From Chiloscyllium plagiosum (taxonomy: Eukaryota), in assembly GCF_004010195.1 (NCBI RefSeq), contig NC_057718.1, positions 77,667,145 to 77,731,144 of the forward strand: a stretch of 64,000 bases of DNA, given 5' to 3'. Below, piece by piece: positions 26,001 to 37,361 of this stretch. Within the stretch, counting starts at the first letter, position 1. Each line of letters starts with the position of its first letter. The notes beneath the pieces were generated by a model. The model saw only the letters and a program-made list of their open reading frames with translations. It made no database searches and had not been told where the DNA came from. The translations under genes and the position numbers were made by a program.

Positions 26001-27065
26001 GCTTTCAAGCTTTTTAAATCTGTTTCATTGTAACCTTTGTACTGATTACTAGGTTTCTTTTTTATCAGGATTTTCCCTTTTTTTTAAAACAATCAAAATG
26101 ATGGCTACTCATTACTTCTGCAGTTTGCCCACTTTCTGTAGATCAGATGAAGCTTTCCTGTTTCCTCCTGCATGAGATGGATATTTTCACATTCTCCAGA
26201 GTCTAAAAGACCAAGTGCTTTCTTTTACACAAAGTTTGATGTTGTACTTTCTGGCTGTGGCCTTTCGAGACCTTCTCACCAAAACCAAGGTTTATTTATT
26301 GAGTCTCAATCCTTTCAAATCTGTAATATTTCCTGACTTTATTTTCTTCTACTGGACACTTAAACCTGCTTATTTTCTGAGACTTCCGCAGCCTGGTCTA
26401 AATTTCTGTTCTGGTCCTTTCACTGTTCCTTGCAATTGCTTAATGCTGATCATGGTGATGCTCATTGTGAAAGCTGAGAGCTCTCTTTTACACGCTCTTT
26501 CCCTCCCTTCCTCATCTTGTCTTCTTAAAGTGGTAATGTTCTTAATGTAGTAATCACACTTACCTAAATTTTTACTTTCCTTCTGAGTCTTCTGAATTTC
26601 CTCTCCTAATAGTAAGGGTCCCATCACACATTTATGTTGTTTTGCCATTCCCTGATAACCATTCCCTGATAACCTGGTACCTTGTGGCATTTGACACCTC
26701 TACCAATCTGTGATAATGGTTGTTTGACATAGTTCCTGCAACCAATCCTCTTTTGTCTTTGCTTTGCCTTGGACCTACCAGTGATTAGTAGTACAAGATA
26801 CACAAATGTAGGGTATCTCCAGAAGAGGCACTGTTCTTAGATGGCAAGAAATTTGTGGCATATCATAAGGTACCACTACATTTGATCAAGCATAATTACT
26901 AAGAACTTAGGGAGATGGCATACATCTGATCCCTTTGAAATTTACAGAAGAACTCCATGTCTTCAACCATAGACTGCATGTCACATCAGTAAAATGAGTG
27001 GATAAAATGAGTGGAGTCAATGTAATGTGAATGTTAACTCCTTCAGAACTATAATCCTATATAAC
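23100..27065 (-). mobile_element. Decayed Gypsy-like LTR retrotransposon with two diverged LTRs
   Basis: Direct repeats at ~23120-23617 and ~26735-27065 (shared ctttgcctt, ttcttagat, acatcagt, tggag.caatgtaa); minus strand WMQQFLKYGIAS (gag-like, ~25630-25665) and DFKLDTVASINVL (aspartic-protease-like, ~24732-24770). Confidence 0.75.
23368..23574. mobile_element. Palindromic PLE-derived short element inside the left LTR
   Basis: Flanking duplication tgtaacatgaatatta at 23352-23367 and 23575-23590; similar to 10203-10461. Confidence 0.75.
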
Positions 27066-28339
27066 CTGGAATGATGATGATCAAAGAAAAACTTCCAAAA
27101 GCACAGTTCTACTAATGTGTTCCTAACATTCATGGACAGATTATGATCTTGTTTATTGAGGATCAATAACCCTTTAAATAAGGTGAAATTTCATTTTACA
27201 CATGGCAGGGAGAAACTAGAGAACTGAAATGAAGTGCAACAGCAGAATTGCTGAGGCATAGCAAGGGTTTCAAAACAGAATCACAGCAAAGTGATTTCAG
27301 ATTTTCACTGACACAAAACTTGTATAGTGCACATTAGATATTAAGACCAGAACTAATTTCAAACATAAACTTACCCAGAAATAGGGAGCTGGAAGTCCTT
27401 TCAATGGTTGATGTGGTGATGTTATCTACCAGTATGTCCCTATCTGTGCAACAACCCATTTCAAAAGCCAAATAAAATATTATATTTTGAAAGCAAACCA
27501 GTGAAATATTTAAATAAAATCTGATGGTCATTGATGATCGCCTTTCAATTAAACATATAAGCCAGTTTTGAGGTAGAAAAAGCCCAGGACTCAAGGAACA
27601 AGCTTCAAAACTTGGGAAAAAGCTAAAATCACAGTATTTTCAACATAATTCTGTTAACCTTAAACTAATTTTCCATGTAAATTTTTTTAGCAATCAGGAT
27701 TAGAAAAGATAATCTACTAGGACTAAAATGTTAGTTTGCAGAAATTATTTTTCTTGTAGTTGTTACAATTATTTCAATGCAATCTGTGTGATGCTGCCAA
27801 ACTACCAACAAAAGATGGATCATTAAATGGGAGTTACACCCAAAACTAATGGTATTTCTGTTTTCCACATCTTTTAACACTGATTCAAGTTTCAATTCTC
27901 CCAAATCAATTACTGCATATAAAATTGGTCAGTTACACAAGTCAAAGGTGTGAGGTAGTGCTTATCCTGCCACTCAGTAAAGGGGTTCAACATTGCAAAT
28001 ATTTTCTTCAGTACAAGTGCACTAGAAACTTCATTTTAAAATACTTCTGTATTAAAAAATGTGATTTACTCAACAATTGACTGATGTACACGAATGAAGC
28101 ATCATATAGCTTAGTATTGATTTTTTTAAAGAAATTTTCAGAGATATCAAATCAGGTTATTCACAGTGGGATGACTGGACACTTATTAAAAATGTTTATT
28201 TTTGGTAATAAATCCATTTTCAGCTATATTAATAAAACCGCACTAGGTTATCATTCTGAAATACATTGTGGAATACCTCCAAATAGAAGAGGAAAGTGTT
28301 CTATTATCCTGTTTGATTTCTCAGTTTAATAGAAGACCT

Positions 28340-28870
28340 AGGCAAAAACTTTCCCATTTTTGGCTTGTGTGACATTGAGCCAGATTCATGATGTATCATG
28401 GCTGGGCGGAACTTTTCCCACTGTATAATTCTCCATTTTTCTTCTTATTAAATATGCAAAGGCACTCTAGGATGCATTTCCTGTGGTCAGATATCAGGAA
28501 GTGCACATCACTGCTAGGACTTTCTGGTGTTTATGCTACAGCTGCCATATTTGAAGTTTTGGGGCATTTCAGATGCTACAAGCCAAGAATGACCCCTCAC
28601 ACACTAATGCTTAAGGGTCTACATTCATGCCATGAATTAAAGGAAAAGAAAGCTCATTCCTTGCTTCACTGACAACCACCTGGAATGATGGACTTGGTGG
28701 ACGGAGAGGCGGAGCACAGTCCTTTCTCCTACCAAACATCACAGATATCACGCCAAAAGACCAAGCTGACCTGGACACAAATTGCAGTCCAGGTCAAATC
28801 TGTGACCCAGGGGAAGCGGGACGCCCAATAGTATAGGAAGCTCAATAATTTTCTGCCTTCTACAAGGAAG
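28340..28870 (+). mobile_element. Harbinger-type relic (Myb/SANT-like ORF)
   Basis: KTKLTWTQIAVQVKSVTQGKRDAQ*YRK at ~28757-28840. Confidence 0.55.
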
Positions 28871-29370
28871 TAGCTCCATCATTTTCTGCTATCTCACGTT
28901 GACAGGGATACCTTTCACTCAAACTCTGCCACTGCACTCGCCTCTCACCGTGGCACATGGACTAAAACTCTTACTCCCCCAAAATATTAACTCTTCCTGT
29001 CCTCAGCACATGCAACACACATGAGGGAAATCCCACCACCACTCTCATGTGGGCATTAGTAGTAACTGCTCTTGCATTCACTTCCATCATACTCAGTTTC
29101 AACCTTTGTCTCATTCCAGTAAAAAGTAGCCCACCCTGGGACTGATGTCTCCATAGCAATCCTGTAATACCCAGGCTGTTTATACCTTGAACTGCAGGAC
29201 GGATCATGGCCAAATCTCTGGACTGCAAGGACATGGTCCCAAATGCTTGGAGGACCAAGCAACTGACTGACTGTGGCCATGTCTCCAGGACTGAAATAAG
29301 ACAGAGCACCTGAACTGACTGTGGAAGTATCCCCTGACTGACTGTATCCTCCCTTCAGGGAGGATGACTC

Positions 29371-29398
29371 CTGATGAAGGGTGAAGACTGAAAGTTTG
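29371..29398 (+). ncRNA. Hammerhead-like core, isolated
   Basis: CTGATGA-ag-ggt-gaag-act-GAAA-gtt; short stem II. Confidence 0.45.
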
Positions 29399-29505
29399 AG
29401 AACAGACACAAGGATGTGATGAGGCTGGTAGTTTGCTACTGCCATCTTATTGGATGATGGGCTGAGGACATAGGAGGCCAAAGAACATGCAGGGACTGGG
29501 ATAAT

Positions 29506-29557
29506 TGAAATGAGGTCAGCCAGGTGGATCTCACAGAATATGATTTCCCTGATTGGG
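29506..29557 (+). mobile_element. 5' part of LTR-like element (target of the Tx1 cluster)
   Basis: tgaaatgaggtcagccaggtggatctcacagaatatgatttccctgat aligns with 6762-6810. Confidence 0.8.
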
Positions 29558-29572
29558 AACTATATAGAAGTG

Positions 29573-29799
29573 TACGTTAGGGCCCGGGTGTCCATGAAGA
29601 AGGAGCATGCGGTGTCCACCAACACCCTGGGTTGTTCAGGGAGAGTGGGCGCCGCAGGGAGTGGAGTGCATCATTTCTCCCTCCAACTCTATTTTGATTT
29701 AGTCCCTACCCTCCCCTTCACTGTTTTGATCACACAGCACTGCCCTTTGATGTGAAGGGCAGTGTTTGTCACTGGCCACTTGGGTGTTGGCCTATCTTC
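29573..29799 (+). mobile_element. Tx1 3' fragment (copy 1: ORF2 end plus partial 3' UTR)
   Basis: YVRARVSMKKEHAVSTNTL; aligns with 36169-36399. Confidence 0.92.
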
Positions 29800-30504
29800 A
29801 GAGTTGGATCTGTGTGTGTACATATGTGCAAGGACTCTCCTCCTTGAAGGGGACTGTCCCTGGACTAGCTGCCCTGCATCGAGAGAGAGGAAGGAAAGAA
29901 GAAGGAAGAAGAGGAGGAGGCAAAAGCAGAAGGAGGTAAGAACTTTTGTGTCTGGGGCCTACGTTTGGAGCTGCAGCCTGGGCCTCACTCAGGTCAAGGG
30001 AGTGTTGCTGCTGACCTGGGGGCCCACTCCCACTGCTGGTCTCTGGGACCCCGCCCGGACCTGCCTCAACTGTTGCTGCTTGGGGCCCACCTCCACTGCT
30101 ACTGCCTGGGACTCAATTTTGGGGCTGCCTGGGACTTGCCTTGGACACCCTCCCCAACAGGTCTGCCCCCCACCGCTGCTGCAACCAAGGGCCTGCCTAG
30201 GACTTGCCAGAGGCCTGCCTCCACTGCTGCTGTTGCCTGAGGCCTGCCTCCACCACCACTGCCTGGGACTTGCCTTGGGGCCCCTCCCCACAGCCTCCAC
30301 CACTACTGCTGCCTGGGACTTGCCTTGGGGACCCTCCCCAACAGGCCTGCCCCCACCGCTGCAACCAAGGGAATTGCCTAGGACTTGCCAGAGGCCTGCC
30401 TCCACTGCTGCTGCTTGGGCCCCTCCCCACAACCTCCTCCACTGCTGACACCAGGGGCCCACCTCCACCGCTGCTGCCTGGGGCACAACAATATCCAGAA
30501 GAGT

Positions 30505-32750
30505 ATGGCGAGCCCGAAGGTCGAGGGGCCCAGCCGCACCTTCGCCGGGGTAGCCGCTGCCTTAGGCTCGGCTGTCCCAACCCCGGCTGCAACGTTGACT
30601 CCCTTCAGACACCTAACCAAACGCCTGGGGGTAAAGGCCTATCCCCACCCCAATATGACCATCAAGGCCTGCAGCAAGGCCATGGCTAGTGTGGTCGGCC
30701 CACTGGCCATCGTCGCTGCGGCCCGGATGTACGGGAAGGCCGTCTTTTTCCTTAAGACCGAGCAGGCGGTCCACCTGGCCGTGGAGAGGGGGCTCACTGT
30801 GGGCGGGACACAGTTGCCCGTCGACCCTCTGGAGATTACAGCCCAGAGGGTCGTGATCTCTAATGTCCCGCCCTTCATTGCCAACGAGCTCCTTCTCCCC
30901 CACCTCACCACCTTGGGGGAGGTCCGGTCAGGTGTGCAATCGCTCCTGCTCGGTCTTAAGGACCCCGCCCTCTGACACATCTACTCCTTCTGACGCCAGG
31001 TGTTCATTTGCCTGGCTCGGGAGGAGGTCACCGAGGGCTCATTCACCCTCCTCCATGAGGGCACGGCCTACCATGCCTTCTGGTCAGCAGACAGCCTGCG
31101 GTGCCACCTGTGCCGCGAGGTGGGGCACATAAGAAAAAACTGCCCCACCCAGAAGGCTGCCCAGCCCACGCCGATGGCTGGTGGTGGTGCCGCCGCACCC
31201 ACTCCCCCTCCCCCGAAGTCAACACCACAGGCCCCGGCACCGAAGGCTAAGCCAGGGGCTTGCAATGCTCCAGCCTCTGGCAGGGAGAGGGGTGAGCATC
31301 CGGCTGGCCAGAAGGCGCTGAAGAAGACGCGGCGCGTCAAGCCAGTCCACGTGGAGACCATCCTATCCCCTTCACCGGAACCTAGCCCACAACCTGCCCC
31401 GCCCAGGCACGATAATGCCCCTGCGGCCGTGCCAGCGTCGCCCCGGCACGGGAACCCTGACCCCCAAACCCGTACCTGATCCTAACCCCACTGACCCCAC
31501 ATCCACCCCCCACCCCAATGGAGAAACCCCTCGGGCTTCAACGCCTGCCCCTGGCGCCGTGACACCTGGCCCGGGGGCCCCTGAGCCCAAATCCCGCCAC
31601 ACCCTGGCACTAACCTGGGGGGAACCACCGCTGCCCTACCTCCTGCAGCGACCGTGTCTCTGGGCCCCGGAGGGGGAACTGGGCCCCTGCCCCTACCCTC
31701 GCCCTCGCCCTCACCTGATAAACCAGGGGCAGGGCAGGAAGTGACACAGCTGACCCTCCCCACCCTGGCCACGCCCCCTGTCTTCCCCCAGCCAATCGAA
31801 TTCTGGGAAAGGCTGGGGGGGGGGGGGGAATCCTCGGGCCCCATGACCACCAAGGCGGGCGGGGAGGGGAAGGCCCATAAATTCCCCCGGTCTCTCTAGG
31901 GAAGAGGCACCAGCCCTTGGAGAAGAGAGACATTCCAGCAGCGCGCCGGTGGCGCTGCCCCTCTCCAGGGGACGAGCCAACAGTGCCTCTCGACTGTCCC
32001 GCACTGTGGCCCGACCTACCTGAACCCCCAGGGCTACAGCAGGGCCTTCTGCTGCCTCAACTCCTCCGGCCCCTGGGGAGGACTTTAACAACCATATGGG
32101 CCACGATGTGGGCGACGACGGAGGACCCTCTGTTGGGTTGTCGAGCGGTGGAGAGGAGGAGGGTGTTATCCTCGCTCCTCCCTCCCAGACTGTTTTTCCG
32201 TGGGCCTTGGCCCTGGGGGAGGACCTTTTGCCTGAGGAGCTGGGCATCCCGGTGTCGGGAGAGGAGCGGGGCCCCGAGCCTCTGCCGCCCGACGACCCGA
32301 ACTTGGGACGCACCGAGGAAGGTACCGCCGGTGACCCTGGGGGTGGGGTCGCCGGGGGTTTGAGGCCCGTTGGTGGCGTCGGACCAGACCCCATCCTCTC
32401 GGTGGGGGAGGGGTCGGTGACCGAGGGCGACCTCCCGGAGGAGGGTTCGGGATTGGTGGCGGACACCGGGGACGAAGTAGACTCTTTCTGCAGCGACATT
32501 TGAGTCCCAGGTGTCCCCCACCGATCTCCCCCTCATCCCCCTCGAGGAACTCCAGGAATTTGTCGAGGAAACTTGGAGTCGCCGGGATAGAGCCCAACTG
32601 GCGCTCGACCGCTGGAGCTCCTTCGAGAGAGTTTACTGGTCGGCCCACGCTGCTCGCCAGGCGCCTGGGCTCAATGTAAATGAGCGAAAGCGATTCAGGA
32701 ACTTCCTGGGGGCACTCCTGGTGAGGGCGAGGGACTTCTGTGCCCCTCCC
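30505..32750 (+). pseudogene. Tx1 ORF1, disrupted
   Basis: AAARMYGKAVFFL, VVISNVPPFI, CHLCREVGHIRKNC zinc knuckle, Pro-rich linker, C-terminal IPLEELQEF...ALDRW; TGA stops at 30973 and 30991 plus frameshifts. Confidence 0.9.
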
Positions 32751-32755
32751 TCGTC

Positions 32756-35700
32756 CTCAACATCAACGGCAGCAGGGAGTCACAGCGCAGATTCCAGACC
32801 CTCTCAGTCCTCCGGGACGGGAGGTATGCGGTGTGCTTCCTGCAAGAAACCCACACTACCCCGGGAGACGAAGCCACCTGACTCCTGGCGTGGCGAGGGG
32901 GGGGTCTACGTGAGTCACCTCACCCGCAGATCTGGCGGGGTGGCTATCCTGGTGGCCCCACATTTTCAGCCAGAGATCTTGGGGGTCAGGGAGCCTGTGC
33001 CAGACTGTTTGCTTCACCTGACGGTTCGGCTGGGGAGCGCGGTGCTTCACTTGGTGAACGTCTACGCTCCCCTGGCCAGGCTGAGGCAAACGAGCTTCTT
33101 TGAAGAAGTGTCCTCTCATCTCGCTTCCATCGACGAGAACCAGTGCGTCGTCCTCGGGGGAGATTTTAACTGTGTCCTCGAGGGCAGGGACCACGGCGGT
33201 GCCCACACTGGTTGGGCGTCGGAGAGGAGGTTGTGGGACTTGGTCAAGTCCTTCGAACTGGTGGACATCTGGCGGAATCTCCATCCCGACTCCATCGCCT
33301 TCACCTTCGTGAAGCCTGGGGTCGGCGAGTCTAGAATTGACTGCCTGTACGTTGCGCGGGCGTACGCCTCCTGTTTTCCGAAGGCCTCCACGCGGCAGGT
33401 GTCGTGCACGGACCATCACCTGGAGTGGGCGGAACTCCTTCCGTTCGGCGCCAGGCTCTGCTCCGCGTACTGGCACTTTAACAACCTGCTGCTGGAGGAC
33501 GGGCAGTTCCGGGACTCGTTTCGTCGTTTCTGGGCCGGCTGGAGAAGGAAGCGGGGAAGCTTCTCCTCCCTGAGGCTATGGTGGGATGTGGGCAAGGCTC
33601 ACGTCCGTGTCTTCTGTCAGGAGTACGCGAGGGGGTCGATGAGGCGGAAATCCAGGATCCAGGAGTTGGAGAGGGAGATGCTCGACCTGGAGTCACACCT
33701 CGATCAGCCCGACGCGGACCCGGCCCTGCGCGGGGCGTACGAAGAGAAGAAGGCTGCGCTCCGGGACCTGCAGCTCGTCGGGGCTCGGGGCGCGTACGTG
33801 AGGTCGCGGATCCAGCTCCTCCAGGACCTGGACCGCGGCTCCCCCTCCTACTCGCTGGAAAAAAGGTGTGGCACCCGTCAGCAGCTCCTTGTGCTGCTGG
33901 CCGACAAAGGGAGCCTCCGGATCCGAAACGAGGGAATCAGGGCCCATGTCCGAAACTATTACACGTCTCTGTTCTCTCCGGATCCGTCCAGCGAGGATGC
34001 TCGCAGAGTTCTGTGGGAGGACCTGCCGCAGCTCAGCCCGGAGGACGCCGGAAGGCTCGACGCTCCCGTCACCTTAGAGGAGCTGACCGGCGCTCGAGGG
34101 GCAAAACCCCGGGGCTGGACGGGCTGACTGTGGAGTTCTTCAGGGCATTCTGGGTTGTCTTCTCGCCTGGCCTCCGTGCTGGCCCACATGATCCACCCGG
34201 ACCAGTCCTACACGGTCCCGGGCCGGAGGATACACGATAACGTCCACCTGGTCCGGGACCTGATCCATTTCTGTCGATGGGCTGGTCTGCCGAGCGCCTT
34301 CCTGTCTCTCGACCAGGAGAAGGCGTTCGACAGGGTCGATCACGAGTACCTGCTCGGGACTCTGCGGGCATTCGGGTTCGGGGCGCGGTTCGTCGCCCGG
34401 ATCCGACTTTTGTACGCTGCCGCAGAGTGTCTGGTTAAAGTTAGCGGGTCCCTGACGGCGCCCCTTCGCTTCGGGAGAGGAGTGCGTCAAGGCTGCCCCC
34501 TGTCCGGCCAGCTGTATTCCCTGTGCATGGAGCCTTTCTTGCGGAGGAGGTTGTCGGGGCTGGTTCTGCGCGGCGCGGGCACGGGGGTGGTCCTCTCGGC
34601 CTACGCCGATGACGTGCTCCTCACTTTCACCGACCCGGCTGACCTGGGGAGGGTGCGCGAGTGCCAGGCCGTGTACTCGGCAGCGTCTTCTGCCAGGATC
34701 AACTGGGCCAAATATTCCAGACTACTGGTCGGTCTGTGGCGGGTGGACTCTCTGCCGGAGGAGTTACGGGGGTTCAGCTGGGGTACCACCCATCTCCTCT
34801 ACCTGGGGGTCTACCTCAGCCCGGCTGAGGAATCCTGGCCGGCCAACTGGCAGGAGCTGGAGGCCAAAGTTTCGGCTCGCCTAGGCCGCTGGACAGGGCT
34901 GCTCCGAGTGCTATCTTACAGGAGTCGGGTGCTGGTCATAAACCAGCTGGTGGCCGCCATGCTGTGGTACCGGCTGGTCACTTTGGTCCCTCCTCTTGGC
35001 TTTGTCGCTGGCATCCAGAGAACGTTGGTCGATTTCTTCTGGGACAAAAAGATGCACTGGGTCGCCGCGCAGGCTCTGAGTCTCCCTATTGAGGTGGGCG
35101 GTCAGTCGCTGGTGTGCGTCCGCACCCAGGTCGCGGCGTTCCGCCTTCAGACCTTGCGGCGATACCTTTACGTCGAGCCTCCTCCTAGGTGGTGCGCCCT
35201 GGTGACGTATTTTTTCCGCCAGGTGCGTAACCTCAACTACGACACGCAGCTCCTGTTCGTCGACCGTGACGGTTTGGAGGTCGCCCTCAAGACGCTGCCT
35301 GTCTTTTACCAGGACCTGATCACTGTCTGGCACATGGTCGAATCGCGTCGCGCCTACCCTCTGGCTGGAGTAGCGGCTGTCGTCAGGGAGCTGTTGCTCA
35401 GGAATCCGCACCTCCGTACTCGCGGGTTCGAGTGGCTGTCGGAGGGGAGGGCCGTGGCGGCGAGGGTGACCAGGGTCGGGGACGTGCTGGGTGCCGGGGG
35501 CCTGGGCTGGACGCTACCGCAGGACGTAGCGAGCAGGGCAGTGGTAGACGTCCAGTACGTGGCCACCGCCATCCGACGCCTTAAAACGGTGGTGCTCGGA
35601 CCTGACATTGTGCACCAGTTGGAGGACGCTCAGGTGTGCAGTGGGATCCCGTCCGCGCTCACCCCAGCCCGGTCGGAATTTCACATTGGCCCCAAGGTCC

Positions 35701-36300
35701 CGTACTTCCCGCGGGAGCCTGTACCCCTCAACCTGAGCCATCTCCGGAATTTTAATTTTGATCCCTTCCAGGGGGTAAAAAGGAGGGCCCTGTATAGACT
35801 GCTGCTGCACACCGTCCACCTCTTCTTCTCCCTCATCCACCGTCCCCTGCAACCGCAGATTGCCATGGTTCAGACTCCCAGCCCAACTGCTTGTTCTGTG
35901 GCGCTGTGGAGTCCGTGGACCACGTATATATTGGGTGTGGGCATTTGCACTCCCTTTTTGATTTTCTCAAAAACCACCTCCTCTGTTTTTGGTTGCACTT
36001 CAGTCCCACGCTCCTGATCTTCGGGCACCCGGTACGGAGGAGGGAGGGCAGGTCTGAAGACCTCCTCGTGGGTCTGCTCCTGGGCCTGGCCAAACTGGCC
36101 ATCAACAGGTTGAGGCAGCGGGCCGTGGAGGGGGTCGTTAGGGCCGACTGCCTGCCCCTCTTCCGCGGTTACGTTAGAGCCCGGGTGTCCTTGGAGAAGG
36201 GGCACGCGGTGTCCACCAACACCCTGGAGTTGTTCAGGGAGAGGTGGGCGCCGCAGGGAATGGAGTGCATTATTTCCCCCTCCAACTCTATTTTGATTTT
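32756..36300 (+). pseudogene. Tx1 ORF2 (AP endonuclease, RT, C-terminal Cys motif), disrupted
   Basis: LNING, LQETH, NVYAP, GDFN, SRID, TDHH, DQEKAFDRVDH, GVRQGCPLSG, YADD, C..CGAVESVDH; stop at 32879 and deletions near 34155 and 35843. Confidence 0.93.
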
Positions 36301-36496
36301 AGTCCCTACCCTCCCTTTCACTGTTTTGATCACACAGCACTGCCCTTTGATGTGAAGGGCACTGCTTGTCACTGGCCACTCGCGTGTTTTCCTGTCTTCC
36401 TGGTGGTGGAAATTGAATAAAGATTTGTTCACTTTGTGTCTTTCACTGTGTCTCACACCTGCACACACACACCATGGGTGCTGGGGAAAAATAAGC

Positions 36497-36519
36497 ACTA
36501 CCGCACTTAGGCGGTAGTG
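36497..36519 (+). other. Tx1 3'-terminal stem-loop
   Basis: cactaccgc-acttag-gcggtagtg perfect 9-bp stem just before the A tail; recurs at ~37520, ~38087, ~38376 and degenerate at ~38568. Confidence 0.75.
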
Positions 36520-36529
36520 TAAAAAACAA

Positions 36530-37350
36530 TAGACTGCTCTGCACACCGTCCACCTCTTCTCTGTCATCCATCGTCCGGACACGCCTTGGCATGCCCATTT
36601 GCCACGGGGTGGTGGGGATCCCCAGTGGAGGGCTCTCTACGCGGGAGTCCTTCCCCTTTCTCTCGGGGATCTGGGGTGGAGGGTGCTGCACGCAGCAGTC
36701 CCCTGCAACCGCAGATTGCGGTGGTTCACGGACTCCCAGCTCAACTTCTTGTTCTGTGGCGCTGTGGAGTCCGTGGACCATGTATATATTGGGTGTGGGC
36801 ATTTGCACTCCCTTTTTGATTTTCTCAAAAACCTCCTCCTCTGCTTTTGGTTGCACTTCAGTCCCACGCTCCTGATCTTCGGGCACCCGGTACGGAGGAG
36901 GGAGGGCAGGTCTGAAGACCTCCTTGTGGGTCTGCTCCTGGGCCTGGTCAAACTGGCCATCAACAGGTTGAGGCAGTGGGCCGTGGAGGGGGTCGTTAGG
37001 GCCGACTGCCTGCCCCCCTTCCGCGGTTACGTTAGGGCCCGGGTGTCCTTGGAGAAGGAGCATGCGGTGTCAACCAACACCCTGGAGCTGTTCAGGGAGA
37101 GGTGGGCGCCGCAGGGAGTGGAGTGCATCATTTCTCCCTCCAACTCTATTTTGATTTAATCCCTGCCCTCCCCTTCACTGTTTAATCACACAGCATTGTC
37201 CTTTTGTGAAGAGCACTGCTTGTCACTGGCCACTCGGGTGATTTCCTATCTTCCTGGAGGTGGAAATTGAATAAGGATTCATGCGCCTTGTGTCTCTCAC
37301 TGTGTCTCACACCTGCACACGCACACCACGGGTAGAAAAAAAAAATTTAT
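36530..37350 (+). mobile_element. 5'-truncated Tx1 (copy 3)
   Basis: ORF 36599-37159 repeats the ORF2 C-terminus, including the segment deleted in copy 2; A-rich tail. Confidence 0.95.
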
Positions 37351-37361
37351 AAATAAATAGA

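Larger units (their letters stand above)
29800..36528 (+). mobile_element. Near full-length Tx1-clade non-LTR retrotransposon (copy 2)
   Basis: GC-rich 5' UTR with internal repeats, ORF1 with CCHC knuckle, APE-RT ORF2, 3' UTR with hairpin and A tail. Confidence 0.95.

Noticed and set aside
29762..36582. Many antisense and alternate-frame ORFs in the Tx1 element
   Set aside because: Expected in GC-rich sequence; no domain motifs
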